Shown: positions 23,926 to 37,100 of the stretch, one piece after another | Position numbering within the stretch: position 1 is the stretch's first letter | Layout of the letters: every line of letters begins with the position of its first letter | From: Octopus bimaculoides | Taxonomy: Eukaryota | Direction of reading: 5' to 3' | Assembly (NCBI RefSeq): GCF_001194135.2 | Contig: NC_069001.1 | Span: forward strand, 8,400,621-8,464,620 | DNA length: 64,000 bases | Program-made: the position numbers and the translations under genes | The notes under the pieces: model-generated | Databases searched by the model: none | The model's input: only the letters and a program-made list of their open reading frames with translations | Told to the model about the DNA's origin: nothing

Positions 23926-25210
23926 TACGAGATTTGACTGAAAAGTTCATAGGCTGATCAAGATACTCTCATGGAATGTGACCAATTGAGGTTTATTTTT
24001 CAACATAGTCCCTTTTGTGATCCACACACTTCTTCCATTGGTGTTGCAGTACTTGGATCCCATTGGTGAAGAAGCTTTCATCCTATTGGTCAAAAAAAAT
24101 AGTCATCAACAGTAGAAATGATATCATCACTGCAATACTGGTTCACAACCAAATGGTTTTCTTTACGTCGGGAAAACAGGTGATAGTCAGATGGGGCCAA
24201 ATTAGGAGAATAGAGAGGGTGATCAACCTGTTCAAAGCTACAATCAAAAAGCCATTGAAATGAAGGACTTATGAGCTGGAGCATTGTTCTGATAAAGTAA
24301 GGTTCCTTTTGTCAGTTTTCCTGGGCATTTGGTCTTGATAGCCTTTCATATCTGCCTCAGCAATTTGGCATAGTACTCTCTATTGATGGCGTGGCACTTT
24401 TGAAGATAGTCAATAAACACAACGCCTTTTGCATCCCAAAAAACTGAGGCCATCACCTTCCCTGCAGATGAAATGACCTGAGCTTTCTTTGGTGGAAGTG
24501 AGGAGGTTTATTTCCACTGCATGTATTGTCTTTTTGCCTTTGGTTCAATGTGATGAAACTAACACTCATCCTGCATCAGGAAACATTCAAAGAAGCCAGC
24601 TGGATCTGTCTCAAAAAATATCAGATTTTCCTGTGTTGTGATCAGCCTACTGCACTTTTGATCAGGTGTCAGAAAACATGGCCCCCACTAAGTAGAAACC
24701 TTTATCATACAGAGTTCATTGTGCAGAATATTCTCAACTCTCTCATGGGATATGCTAATAACATTGGCTATTTAATTTCTAGTCAATCTCCTGTCATCTA
24801 TCACCATATAGTGAACACAATTTTTTCCTCAGTGGTGGAAGCTTCAGGATGTTCAGACCTTGGGTCGTCTTCAAAACGCTCCCTTCTCCTCCTAAATTCA
24901 GCTTCTCGCTTTTGCACTGTTGATAAAGCTGGAGCGTCATCCCCTAATGTAGCAATCATGTTAGCATGAATGTCCTATGGGGTTAAGCCCTATTTCTGCA
25001 GGTACTTGATAAGACCATGAAACCAAATTTTGTCCATTTTCAAGAGAAGTTGCTACTAGTTACTTTTGAAGTCTTCTTTGAACAGTCAGATGTCAGTTTC
25101 CTTGAAACGAACCAGTACAGTTATAAGAAGAGTTGAAATGAATGCATGCAGAATTTCACAGGTCTAGCCTACTTCGTAGTCAACCTATGAACTTCTAATC
25201 CCCACTCCTA
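23926..25210 (-). mobile_element. Full-length decayed mariner (DD34D) element, about 1285 bp, transposase pseudogene
   Basis: TA-flanked degenerate TIRs (TACGAG...AAAAGTTCATAGGCTGA / TCAACCTATGAACTT...CTCCTA). Minus-strand motifs include EDDPRSEHP, a decayed WVPxxLT (WGPCFLTPDQK), QDEC and HPLYSPNLAPSDYHLF, with multiple stops/frameshifts. Confidence 0.9.
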
Positions 25211-25220
25211 TGTCTCTTAA

Positions 25221-25500
25221 CCAATGAAAATGGATTGGTTAAGTCAACAGAATGACAACAGGATTCCAAAAGTCCTAATGCAAAGCCAGCTCCATGATGG
25301 AAGGAGAAGCATAGGAAGATCATGGCTAAGATATAAAGACAAGGTCAGAGCTAACCTGAGAGTGACAAAGATTCTGCCAGAAACATTTGAAAAAACTGCA
25401 TTGAACTGTAAGGAATGTAGGTTAACTTACTATAAAGCCATAAAAAACCATGAATAAAGCCTCCTAGAACATCTCATAGAACTGAGAGCAAAGACAAAGT
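25221..25500 (+). mobile_element. RTE-clade LINE fragment (ORF C-terminal region)
   Basis: NDNRIPKVLMQSQLHDGRRSIGRSWLRYKDKVRANL, matching the RTE/BovB motif RIPKxxLYGEL..G.R..GR...RYKD. Confidence 0.75.
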
Positions 25501-25885
25501 CTCAAACTAACATACCACCTGTTTTGTTTAATAATGCTTTATGTCTAGCCTGTGGACTATATATATATTTCTGTGGGATATATATATTCATTCCAGTTTA
25601 TGAATTATACATGCATACACTGTATGTGTGTATGTGTGGTGTATGAGAGAAAGTGTGTTTTTGTAGCAATTACACCATTAATTCCCTACTGTATTGTTAT
25701 AACTGTTTCCAAGCTGAATTTCGTTTACAGTTGCAAAAATAGGGGTAGCTTATCCTGTTCAGGCTATATTATTAGCATTATCCTGCGTTTGAGAATTTAA
25801 AATCACTTCTTTAACTTTCTAAGACATCTCAACGCTTCTAAAAGCAAACTTCGTTTGTTTGTTTACGTTTATCGTAATTTGAATT

Positions 25886-25987
<102 letters not shown>

Positions 25988-26659
25988 GGAGAATGTACGA
26001 AAAAACAACAACAGACGAGGACTTAAAAATATATAAATAGATAGAAGTATTTCTAAATTTCATTGTTACAATGATCAGTGATAGTCCCAAAGTTTCCAGT
26101 GTTTGTTGCAAGTTTGTATCTAAGATGTTCTGCATCTTGCTAGAAAGCAAAAGTTTATGTTGGTTATAAAAAAACTGTGTTCAGCATATTTCCTTAAAAG
26201 GAGTCGGTTGCCATTACAAGAATCCATCCTACACAAGCTTTCACCCTTGAAAACAAATCATCTTTGTGGTTAGTCTAATGACCATTTGAATCTATGTTGA
26301 AGTTGACAGGAGAATCCACTATATTTGATAATGAATAGGAAAAAAAAAGTACTCAGTAACTGCAATGAAGTATAAATGATATAATTAAATCAGCTGAAAC
26401 GACAAGATTCAAGAAACCATACTTTATCTGTATCGGCAGTTAACCACTTTGATTAGAAAACGTATACACTAAATCGTATAACGAGACGGCGGGCTTATCC
26501 ATATAAATAGAATGGGAGGAAGAGAGCCTGCCATATGTCGACCCAATAGAGGGACCAGCNNNNNNNNNNNNNNNNNNNNNNNNNNNNNNNNNNNNNNNNN
26601 NNNNNNNNNNNNNNNNNNNNNNNNNNNNNNNNNNNNNNNNNNNNNNNNNNNNNNNNNNN

Positions 26660-26696
<37 letters not shown>

Positions 26697-27016
26697 CACA
26701 CACGCACAAGCGCGTGTTTCTGTATACAAACATGCATATACATATAAGTATATGTGTGCATGTATACACACGCACTTAAATGTGCATCTTTATGACTGTA
26801 AGACTGCGTTGGGGGTGTGTCTGTTTATAGTTTTGAAATGTTACGCGAGTTGAGAGGTGGTGGATATATTATAAAAGAATATTTGCCTTGCTTGGAAACT
26901 GATGAGGGTCGGTGACATTGGGTCGTAAAAGTCATGGATCAGCCGGAATTTATACATTTGCCACTGACCTATACCAGCATGGAAAAGTAAACGTTAAAAC
27001 GGTGTTGACGATGATG

Positions 27017-27558
27017 AGGAGTGGCTGTGTGGTAAGTAGCTAGCTTACCAACCACATGGTCCCGGGTTCAGTCCCACTGCGCGGCATCTTGGGCAAGTGT
27101 CTTCTACTATAGCCTCGGGCCGACCAAAGCCTTGTGAGTGGATTTTGGTAGACGGAAACTAAAAGAAGCCCGTCGTATATATGTATATATATATATATGT
27201 ATGTGTGTGTGTATGTTTGTNNNNNNNNNNNNNNNNNNNNNNNNNNNNNNNNNNNNNNNNNNNNNNNNNNNNNNNNNNNNNNNNNNNNNNNNNNNNNNNN
27301 NNNNNNNNNNNNNNNNNNNNNNNNNNNNNNNNNNNNNNNNNNNNNNNNNNNNNNNNNNNNNNNNNNNNCCCCCAACATCGCTTGACAACCGATGCTGGTG
27401 TGTTTATGTCCCCGTAACTTAGCGGTTCGGCAAAGAGATCGATAGAGTAAGTACTAGGCTTCTAAAGAATAAGTCCTGGGGTCGATTTGCTCGACTAAAA
27501 GGCGGTGCTCCAGCATGGCCACAGTCAAAAGACTGAAACAAGTAAAAGAGTAAAAGAG
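27017..27558 (+). mobile_element. SINE family A copy (spans the 27221-27368 gap)
   Basis: Near-identical to the reverse complement of 15921-16317. Confidence 0.9.
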
Positions 27559-27561
27559 TAT

Positions 27562-27604
<43 letters not shown>

Positions 27605-27859
27605 TGTATATATATATGTATGTACATATATATATATATGTGCATGTATATAGATATATATATATATATAAATGTGAATGTGGGTGAAGTATGAATTTCG
27701 CTCCATAACCGTGCGGTTCAGGGTTCGATCCCTCTCTGTGTGACATTCTGAACGAATGCCATTTAGCAAATGTCATTTTCTATGTCTGCTTCGTCAGAAA
27801 AAAAGTCTGGATGGTTTGGGCTGGAAACAGAACTGACTATGTGCTTAGACAGCAACAGT

Positions 27860-28266
27860 AGGCGCTGGGGTGAGTGTGTGATAAGAAGCTTGCTTCCCAA
27901 CCACATGGTTCCGGGTTCAATCCCACTGCGTGGCACCTCGGGCAAGTGTCTTCTACTATAGCCCCGGGCCGACGAATGCCTTGTGGGTGGATTGGGTAAA
28001 CAGAAACTGAAAGAAGCCCGTCGTATATCTGTGTGTGTGTGTGTGTGTGTGTGTGTCTTTGTGTCTGTGTTTGTCGCCCCATCACCGCTTGAGAATTGGT
28101 GTCGGTTTGTTTACGTTCCCGTTACATAGCGGTTCGGCAAAAAGTAACCGATAGAATAAGTACCTGGCTTTACACAATAAAATAAGTACTGGGATCGATG
28201 CATTCGACTAAAACTTTCTCAAGACGGTGCCCCAGCATGGCCGCAGTCTTACGACTGAAACGAGTA
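27860..28266 (+). mobile_element. SINE family A copy
   Basis: Colinear with the other family A copies. Confidence 0.85.
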
Positions 28267-28279
28267 ATGGGGAAAAAAT

Positions 28280-28867
28280 GGCGCTACCACCAGCATCACC
28301 ACCGCTGTCACCGTCCCACAAACACCATGACCAAGACCACTATTACCACCACCACCTCTACCACTATATCACAACCACCACTTTACTACTGTTGGTCCAC
28401 CAGCACCACAACTACAAACGTCAAAGATATCAGCATCAACGCTGTCGCCAACACCGCCACCATTACTGCTGGCATTAATACTGCGTCGCCACCAACTACA
28501 ACAACAACAACACCAGCATCACCAACAGACCATGGCCAACACCACCAACACAGTCCCCAAAAGTACTATCAATCACCAACACCAACATCACCGCTAACAG
28601 CACAAACCAGTGCTATAACACCAGCACCGTCACAGGTACATCAATACCACCAACAACAACAACAACAACACCAACAATAACGACAGCAACATCACCAACA
28701 CCCCCACCCCCCACCGCCACCAGCAACATCATCATCAACGCCAACAACATCATCATCACCAACACCGACACCAGGAACAACAATAGCAACAGCAACGTCA
28801 GAAACACATCTACACCACCAACACCACCACCCCCACCACTAATACCACCCCCAACACCAATACAACC
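28280..28867. repeat. Degenerate (CAC/CAA)n low-complexity tract
   Basis: Trinucleotide-rich; similar tracts at 17070-17161, 53385-53660 and (GGT)n at 55320-55620. Confidence 0.85.
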
Positions 28868-29444
28868 NNNNNNNNNNNNNNNNNNNNNNNNNNNNNNNNN
28901 NNNNNNNNNNNNNNNNNNNNNNNNNNNNNNNNNNNNNNNNNNNNNNNNNNNNNNNNNNNNNNNNNNNNNNNNNNNNNNNNNNNNNNNNNNNNNNNNNNNN
29001 NNNNNNNNNNNNNNNNNNNNNNNNNNNNNNNNNNNNNNNNNNNNNNNNNNNNNNNNNNNNNNNNNNNNNNNNNNNNNNNNNNNNNNNNNNNNNNNNNNNN
29101 NNNNNNNNNNNNNNNNNNNNNNNNNNNNNNNNNNNNNNNNNNNNNNNNNNNNNNNNNNNNNNNNNNNNNNNNNNNNNNNNNNNNNNNNNNNNNNNNNNNN
29201 NNNNNNNNNNNNNNNNNNNNNNNNNNNNNNNNNNNNNNNNNNNNNNNNNNNNNNNNNNNNNNNNNNNNNNNNNNNNNNNNNNNNNNNNNNNNNNNNNNNN
29301 NNNNNNNNNNNNNNNNNNNNNNNNNNNNNNNNNNNNNNNNNNNNNNNNNNNNNNNNNNNNNNNNNNNNNNNNNNNNNNNNNNNNNNNNNNNNNNNNNNNN
29401 NNNNNNNNNNNNNNNNNNNNNNNNNNNNNNNNNNNNNNNNNNNN

Positions 29445-29489
<45 letters not shown>

Positions 29490-29512
29490 ATATATGTATG
29501 TGTGTATGAATG

Positions 29513-29548
<36 letters not shown>

Positions 29549-29653
29549 TATATATATAATTTTATATATGTATATTATATACATGTATATGTGTGTCTGT
29601 GTGTGTTTGTATGTATGGATATAATATATATATATGAAATATATATATACTTT

Positions 29654-29698
<45 letters not shown>

Positions 29699-29791
29699 GA
29701 ATGTATGTATGGACATATAGTTATCTATTTATAATATTTTATATATATATTATATAAGAATGTATGTATGTATGCATATATAGTTATCTAT

Positions 29792-30541
29792 NNNNNNNNN
29801 NNNNNNNNNNNNNNNNNNNNNNNNNNNNNNNNNNNNNNNNNNNNNNNNNNNNNNNNNNNNNNNNNNNNNNNNNNNNNNNNNNNNNNNNNNNNNNNNNNNN
29901 NNNNNNNNNNNNNNNNNNNNNNNNNNNNNNNNNNNNNNNNNNNNNNNNNNNNNNNNNNNNNNNNNNNNNNNNNNNNNNNNNNNNNNNNNNNNNNNNNNNN
30001 NNNNNNNNNNNNNNNNNNNNNNNNNNNNNNNNNNNNNNNNNNNNNNNNNNNNNNNNNNNNNNNNNNNNNNNNNNNNNNNNNNNNNNNNNNNNNNNNNNNN
30101 NNNNNNNNNNNNNNNNNNNNNNNNNNNNNNNNNNNNNNNNNNNNNNNNNNNNNNNNNNNNNNNNNNNNNNNNNNNNNNNNNNNNNNNNNNNNNNNNNNNN
30201 NNNNNNNNNNNNNNNNNNNNNNNNNNNNNNNNNNNNNNNNNNNNNNNNNNNNNNNNNNNNNNNNNNNNNNNNNNNNNNNNNNNNNNNNNNNNNNNNNNNN
30301 NNNNNNNNNNNNNNNNNNNNNNNNNNNNNNNNNNNNNNNNNNNNNNNNNNNNNNNNNNNNNNNNNNNNNNNNNNNNNNNNNNNNNNNNNNNNNNNNNNNN
30401 NNNNNNNNNNNNNNNNNNNNNNNNNNNNNNNNNNNNNNNNNNNNNNNNNNNNNNNNNNNNNNNNNNNNNNNNNNNNNNNNNNNNNNNNNNNNNNNNNNNN
30501 NNNNNNNNNNNNNNNNNNNNNNNNNNNNNNNNNNNNNNNNN
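29792..30541. other. Assembly gap (largest N run); others at 5901-5910, 10532-10825, 17162-17578, 20627-20927, 26560-26659, 27221-27368, 28868-29444, 42117-42499, 55817-56100
   Basis: N runs, mostly bordered by (TA)n/(CA)n microsatellites. Confidence 0.99.
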
Positions 30542-30669
30542 TATATATATAGTGTTTTGGAAACTCCTTGATACAGTTATAATATTTGGAGAGAAGACTT
30601 TTTCTCAGAGAATTAAGATTGAGAAAAGAACCTTTTCAGAAAGTCGAAAGACACTAACGTTTGGGAAGA

Positions 30670-30882
30670 GATTTCACAATTTACATTTGACGGATATTTG
30701 TCCTCATCTTGTTTGTTGTTAACACAACGTTTCGGCTGATATACCCTCCAGCCTTCTTCAGGTGTCTTGGAGAAATTTTAAACCTGGGTTCTCGTTCCTA
30801 AGGTATTTTTCGATGTTATTATTATTATTATTCAAGTCACTGCCTGGAATCGAACTCGGAATCTTGGGCTTAATAGCCCGTG
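30670..30882 (-). mobile_element. tRNA-headed SINE-like element with (AAT)n spacer and Penelope-like hammerhead tail
   Basis: Minus strand: ...GGGCTATTAAGCCCAAGATTCCGAGTTCGATTCCAGG (B box; A box lost) - (AAT)n - tail containing the hammerhead. Confidence 0.6.
30721..30766 (-). ncRNA. Minimal type I hammerhead ribozyme motif (Penelope-like-element type)
   Basis: Minus strand reads GACAC CUGAAGA A GGCUG gaggguauau CAGCC GAAA C GUU GUGUU. Stem I is GACAC/GUGUU, the core is CUGANGA and GAAA, stem II is GGCUG/CAGCC, stem III is the palindrome ACGU, and the cleavage triplet is GUU. Confidence 0.7.
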
Positions 30883-31109
30883 TATTTTCATAGTTGGATA
30901 GGTTTTCGCCAATAGTTTCTCACCATGTATTGGCATCCCATCAGCCTTCACCCCTTTTTTCTCACATCTTCCTTCCACATTGGTTTCCTCTTATTAGATC
31001 ACTTGTCACCTCTTTAGCCAACTGTCATCATCCATACTCACAGACTCTTCATATTAATGCAGTCTTTTCTCTTATGCACCAGAGTTAATCACTCTTACAC
31101 CCATTGTTT

Positions 31110-31440
31110 TTCTCTCATTGGTTAGAGCATTGGGCTTACAATCATGAGATTGTGAGTTTGATTCCTGAACTGGACTGGGCTGTGTGCTGTGTTCTTGAGC
31201 AAGACACTTTATTTCATGTTGCTCCAATTCACTCAGCTGTAGAAATGAGTTGACATCAGTGGTGCCAAGTTGTATCAACCTTTGCCTTTACCTTGGGCAA
31301 CAGCAGTGGCATGAAGAGGGGAAACTGGTATGCATAACAACTGCTGGTCTTCCACAAACAACCTTGCCCAGACTTATGCCTCGGAAAGGAAATTTTTACA
31401 TACAATCCCATGGTCATACATGGCTGAAGGGATCTTTACC

Positions 31441-31445
<5 letters not shown>
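31110..31445 (+). mobile_element. SINE family D copy
   Basis: Colinear with 63471-63815. Confidence 0.8.
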
Positions 31446-31496
<51 letters not shown>

Positions 31497-32500
31497 AAGG
31501 AATCTTTCAGTCTTCTACCAAATCCATACACGATGATTTGGTTGGCCTGGGGCTATAGTAGGAGACACTTATCCAAGGTGCCACATAGTGGGACTGAACC
31601 CAAAACTGTGTAGTTGGGAAACCAACTTCTCAACCACACATCTATTTATTTATTATTTTTAATCATACATGGCACTGAACACAATATCATGCACTATCAA
31701 AATATGTACATATATTCATGCGCTGAGTTCTATTAATCTTGTTTGTTCTACCAAATCTGTGTGTGTGTGCATGCTTGCATGCGTGTGTGTGTCTGTCTGT
31801 CTGTCTCCTCTTGTCAAGACATTATGCACTGATTAACAAATGTTGTTCTTTTGCAATCTTCTGTAAAGATATGCCTAACTACTGTTGTTCCTGTTCAATT
31901 GAATGCAAAAGGATACAGGTGAGTGACTTCTTTGGGGATAGGTAATGAGAAGAGTAGCTGATCATAGAATAATCTTCCTTAATGAATTTCGTATGACTCA
32001 TGTAAGCACGGAACCATTAAATTGATTATGATGCAATGAAGATGATGTCATTTTATCAAAATACTCATGTAGACATACACACACAATCATACCATCACAG
32101 ACATACAGAGGTAGTACTGGAAAATAACAGTCACACATACAAAAAAACACATAATTTCCCAGCAGATACATACATGTAAGAACATGCATAAGTCAGTTTA
32201 TTATTGGTAGTAAGTTTACAAGGTGGCAAGCTGGTGGAATCATTAGCACGTCAGGCAAAATGCTTTTCAGTATTTTGCTTGTCTTTACATTCCGAGTTCA
32301 AATTCCTCCAAGGTTGACTTAGCTTTTCATTTTTTCAGGGTCGATAAAATATGTACCAGGTGAGCACTGGGGGTTGATGTAATCAACTAGCCCCCTCCCC
32401 GCAAAACTGCAGGACTTGTGTCTACAGCAGAGAGTATTATTAGCAGTGAGTTTGAGGGGAATCATTCAGTGTTGGACAAAATGGCTGACTTTGCCTTTTG

Positions 32501-32644
32501 TTATTTTCTACAGGTATTCTACAGATATTATAGCCAGCACTAATTTTTGCTACAATGTTTTGTTTCATATCAAGATGTCCTCAATATGAAATGTAGCAAA
32601 AGTCAGTGCTGGCTATAATTTATATAGAATACCTGTAGAAATAA
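32501..32644. repeat. Long inverted repeat / foldback hairpin
   Basis: Arms 32501-32554 and 32592-32644 (5 mismatches, 1 indel) plus inner stem TTTCATAT/ATATGAAA. Confidence 0.9.
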
Positions 32645-34022
32645 CCTTAATAAGCGATGTAAATCGCACTGCTAACACAGTAGGACACAGTATTGCGTTA
32701 TAAAAACATTTAATATACTTCAGTTCTATATTTAAGAGATGAGGAATTATTTACATTATTTACAAATATTCATCAAATGTAAATAATGTATTTAATATAC
32801 TTTATAATATGTTATGGTTGCATAATGAAATACCACATAACTACAAATCGTTAATGTTTTCCTTTTGTCTTTCTGGCAGGTGTGGGCATCAATAAAATAA
32901 GTACCAATCAAGTACTGGGGTCAAATGGAGATCATAGAAAGGCCATGATTACTACTGTTCCTTACCCTGCTTTAGCCATTACAGAAGAGGAAGAATGTAA
33001 CACCCAACCCCACCAAAACATAATAATATTAACTAGATCGTCTTTCTCATCATTGGTCAACAGTATTGCAGAAACAGTAACATAACCACCTCTGCTATGA
33101 ATAGACTGTTCCCAGGGACGTGTGCCTCACACCAAGTATACTTACCACCTCTCCACTCATGGCTACACCACAAAGAAAAGACAAGTAATATGTTTGCAAC
33201 ATCATTGGAGCCACAGAGGACGTCAGGTATTGATTAAGCCTAACCACACGTGTCTGCTTTATGATCCTTCACTCCAGATTTCAACAAATTATCCCCCAAG
33301 ACAAATAGGGATTTATTATTCTTTTCTATTCTAGACACGCGGTCCGAAATTTTTAGTGGGGTGGGGAGGCCAGTCGATTAGATCAACCCCAGTACGCAGC
33401 TTGTACTTAATTTATCGACCCCAAAAGGATGAAAGGCAAAGTCGACCTCAGCGGAATTTGAACTCAGAACATAAAGACAGACAAAATACTGCTAAGTATT
33501 TCGCCCAGCATGCTAACATTTCTGCCAGCTCACTGCCCTTAATAGGGATTTATTAATATCGCGGGCATGGTATGTGCAGAGCCAAACCTATTCTCTTGTC
33601 CTTTAAACTTGTATTGGGCTGGTGCAACAAGTGCCACAAGCCCAGTAGCTATCAGGATGCAGGAAGTGCATGGAGTTATTTTCTCTTAGATGAACACCTA
33701 TAAAGCTGAAGGGCTTCATCTGTCCTAATGATAATAATATTCTCTAACATAAATACAAAGCCAAAATATGAAGGGAAGGTTTAATCGATTGAATCAACCC
33801 CAGTACTTGAATGGTATTCATTTAAGAAACAAAAATAATGAATAATTAAAAAAAGAAACCAAACAAACTAAATACAAAGAGATTTTTACTACAGGAGAGA
33901 AACAAAACAAAAAAGCCTATGAAAGTTACACAATAATGTTAATGTTCATGGTTAATAGAATGATCATAAGTAATGTGGTGATCAGATGTTGAACATGATT
34001 GTTGGTCAACAATTTAGCAGTT

Positions 34023-34138
34023 CTACACACAGTCTAACATTTCAGTCTCCATCTCATTAATGGGGTCTTCCTCTGGAGCGTCTGAGTCACTGTCATCTGA
34101 ACTGGCAAGAGAAGTGAATATCTGTTTCACAGGTTTCT
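34023..34138 (-). CDS. Terminal coding exon of the minus-strand gene ([38 protein letters not shown])
   Basis: ccttttctttccactttcag| acceptor, phase 1, 116 nt ending in TAG; unique non-repeat sequence. Confidence 0.72.
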
Positions 34139-37100
34139 CTGAAAGTGGAAAGAAAGGCTAACAGTCAGTATAGTAATGAGCAAATACAAAGGGATTGAAC
34201 AAATATATGAACAGCTGTGTGGTAAGTAGCTTGCTTACCAACCACATGGTTCCAGGTTCAGTCCCACTGTGGTGGCATCTTGGGCAAGTGTCTTCTACTA
34301 TAGCCTCGGGCCGACCAAAGCCTTGTGAGTGGATTTGGTAGACGGAAACTGGAAGAAGCCCGTCGTGTATGTATGTATGTATATAGATATATATATATAT
34401 ATATCATCATCATCATCATCGTCGTCGTTTAACGTCCGCTTTCCATGCTAGCATGGGTTGGACGATTCGACTGAGGACTGGTGAAACTGGATGGCAACAC
34501 CAGGCTCCAATCTAATTTGGCAGAGTTTCTACAGCTGGATGCCCTTCCTAACACCAACCATTATGTGTCTGTTTGTCCCTCCCAGCATTGCTTGACAACC
34601 GATGCTGGTGTGTTTACGTCCCTGTAACTTAGCAGTTCAGCAAAAGAGACCGATAGAATAAGTACTAGGCTTACAAAGAATAAGCTCTGGGGTCGATTTG
34701 CTCGACTATAAAGGCGGTGCTCCAGCATGGCCACAGTCAAACGACTGAAAAGAGTAAGAGAGAGTAAGACCATATAGGCACAGGCTGTATGGTTAAGAAG
34801 CATACTCTGTAACCAGGTGGTTTGGGGTTCAGTCCTATAGTGCAGTACCTTGTGAGTGAATTTAGAAGACAAACTGTCGGGAATCACATGTGTGTGTGTG
34901 CCTTTGTGTTTGACCCCCATACTGCTTAACAACTAGTGTTGGTTTGTTTGTGTCCTTGTAACTTAGCAGTTCAGCAAAAGTCAGTTCAGTCAGAGGTGAC
35001 CAGGCTTATGAACAACAACAACAATCACAAGAACAGCAACTTACTTTTCGGAACTTTCTTCCCAGTATTATCACCGACCGGAGAATAAGTATTGAGTTTA
35101 TGGTACATAATCTCACGGCATTTGTCATTCATATCTTTGGTGCACCAACCATCCTTTTCATCACAGACCGTTTCCTAAAACAGACATATAGAAATAAAGA
35201 AAAAAATAAATGAAAAGCAAAAGATAAAAGTCAGATAGCACAAACATTTTCAGAAATACAGATTCTGTTCACGTGCATGCATGTGTGCGCAATGTTGTCC
35301 AAGAAATAGGCAAGCGCCACTGCTGTTTGGTACTACTACCAACACCAACCATAATGCTATTACTCTCACAACACAAACAGAATACTTACAAGGCACCTCA
35401 CCTCCTCACTCCCTACTCTAACAACCAACCTACCACCCTCATTTGGTATCATTTATTTATCAACCCAAAAGAACACGCTGTATTTTCCAGTAGACAAGTC
35501 AAATCTTTCAGACTAAAATCTACAGCCAAAACAAGGTAAATTGATTTATACACTAAGATGACTTTAAAGGGCCAAAAATTCCGTTTGAAATGCATCAGGA
35601 TTGGAAAGATAGTGACAATGTTTGACTGGTTTACATTACGGGCTTACGTTATATACTATGTTGGCTTGTATGCAGTACAAAAATATGGTATTTGATCAAA
35701 GCAGGATTTGAACTCAAAGTGCAGAGATTCAGAACAAATACCAGCAAATTTCTAACAACCCATCTGATTCAATGGTTGTTTGGACACAGGTGATTTGGCA
35801 CGACTGACAGGACATTCATCCTGCATTGGTGACAGTACTTTTTAGTGCTGGAAGCAACCAACCACACATGCACATGAATATGCACATACAGAAAGAAGTA
35901 GTGAGAAAAGAGAGCTGGAGAGATAGAGAGAGAGATTACAGTTTATTAATTGAACACAATTGACATAAATACTTTCTCTCTCTACATATGCATAGAGAAA
36001 TTATGCTCACACACAAACAAAATTCCAGCAAAGAAATTGAACTAATGACCTTTGAGCAAGTAGTTCAATTAATACTGTGTCCACTGGACCACTTCACTCT
36101 CTGCTGTTTAGACTGATGGTGACGATGATGAGAAAGAAAAAGAATGCACTTTGTCTGCAGTGGTTACAGGGCGGATATTCACAAATCGCAAGACTTTTTG
36201 CACCACTTCCCACTCTTTTTCATTCACACACACACACACAAACACAAAACTATACGCATACTCCATCTCTCTCGCACAGACACACACACACTTTACCATT
36301 CGGATATCCTGTGGTGGTTCTTTTGTAATTTTGCTTTAGTATCCTCCCCAAATATTAAATAGTCTGGGGAAGAGAGGGGAGGGGGCTGCTTAATGTTTAA
36401 TTATATGGGAGATACAAGGGCGGTTGAAGGGATGTTGGTGGGAGTGGTTGAGGGCGGTAGGTGGTTGGGAGAAGGGGCACATAAGTAGTGCAAGGGCAGT
36501 GAGAAAGGGGTCGAGAGAGATAGAAGGAAGAGTGAGGTGAGGAGTGTGGAACGGGGGGTGATGGTGGACATGTGATGGAAGGGTTGTGGCATAGGGTGGA
36601 CAAGTAGTGAGGAAGAGTGGTGATGGAAAGATGGACAATCCGGTGGAAAAATAGTGGTGAAAGTGGACAAATGGTAGGAGTATAATGGTGACAAGAGGGG
36701 CTAACTTATCAATCATTCATGGGTTCAAAGCGTGAACAACACCTATTCAAGTTCAAATTAAAATAATCTCAAAGCAAATTAAAATGTAATTTGTTTATGA
36801 AATATAATTGATGCAAATTAAATCTCTTTTTGTAAGTAAATAACGCCATAAAACTATGACCAGATTTATCATCAATGCCTTCATCTAACAAGAAATGATA
36901 ATTTGGCTTTTAACAACAACAGCCATTCGGTTTGCCAGTCTTCAGTCAATATTTAATCTGAAATCTGTTTTGCACAATTCCTTAAAATATTTAATTATAA
37001 AAATAAGACATTTTTTGAGAGTAAAATAGGAATCAAAAATTGATTGAGAACCTCTGCTTTAGACAATGCACACATAGATAGCCTACGTCTGAAAACAAGG

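Noticed and set aside
26380-26559. CpG-richer stretch with CCAAT and GC-box-like words; CAGCTGAAACG resembling a hammerhead half
   Set aside because: Truncated by a gap, with no downstream first exon or donor and no CUGANGA core; cannot be supported as a promoter or ribozyme.
28613-30571. Long ORFs in the track (367, 267, 262 aa, etc.; likewise 10299-10945, 16920-17700, 41965-42777, 55203-56270)
   Set aside because: They run through N gaps and (TA)n/(CA)n/(CAC)n microsatellites and have no protein-like content, except where they overlap true vav exons.
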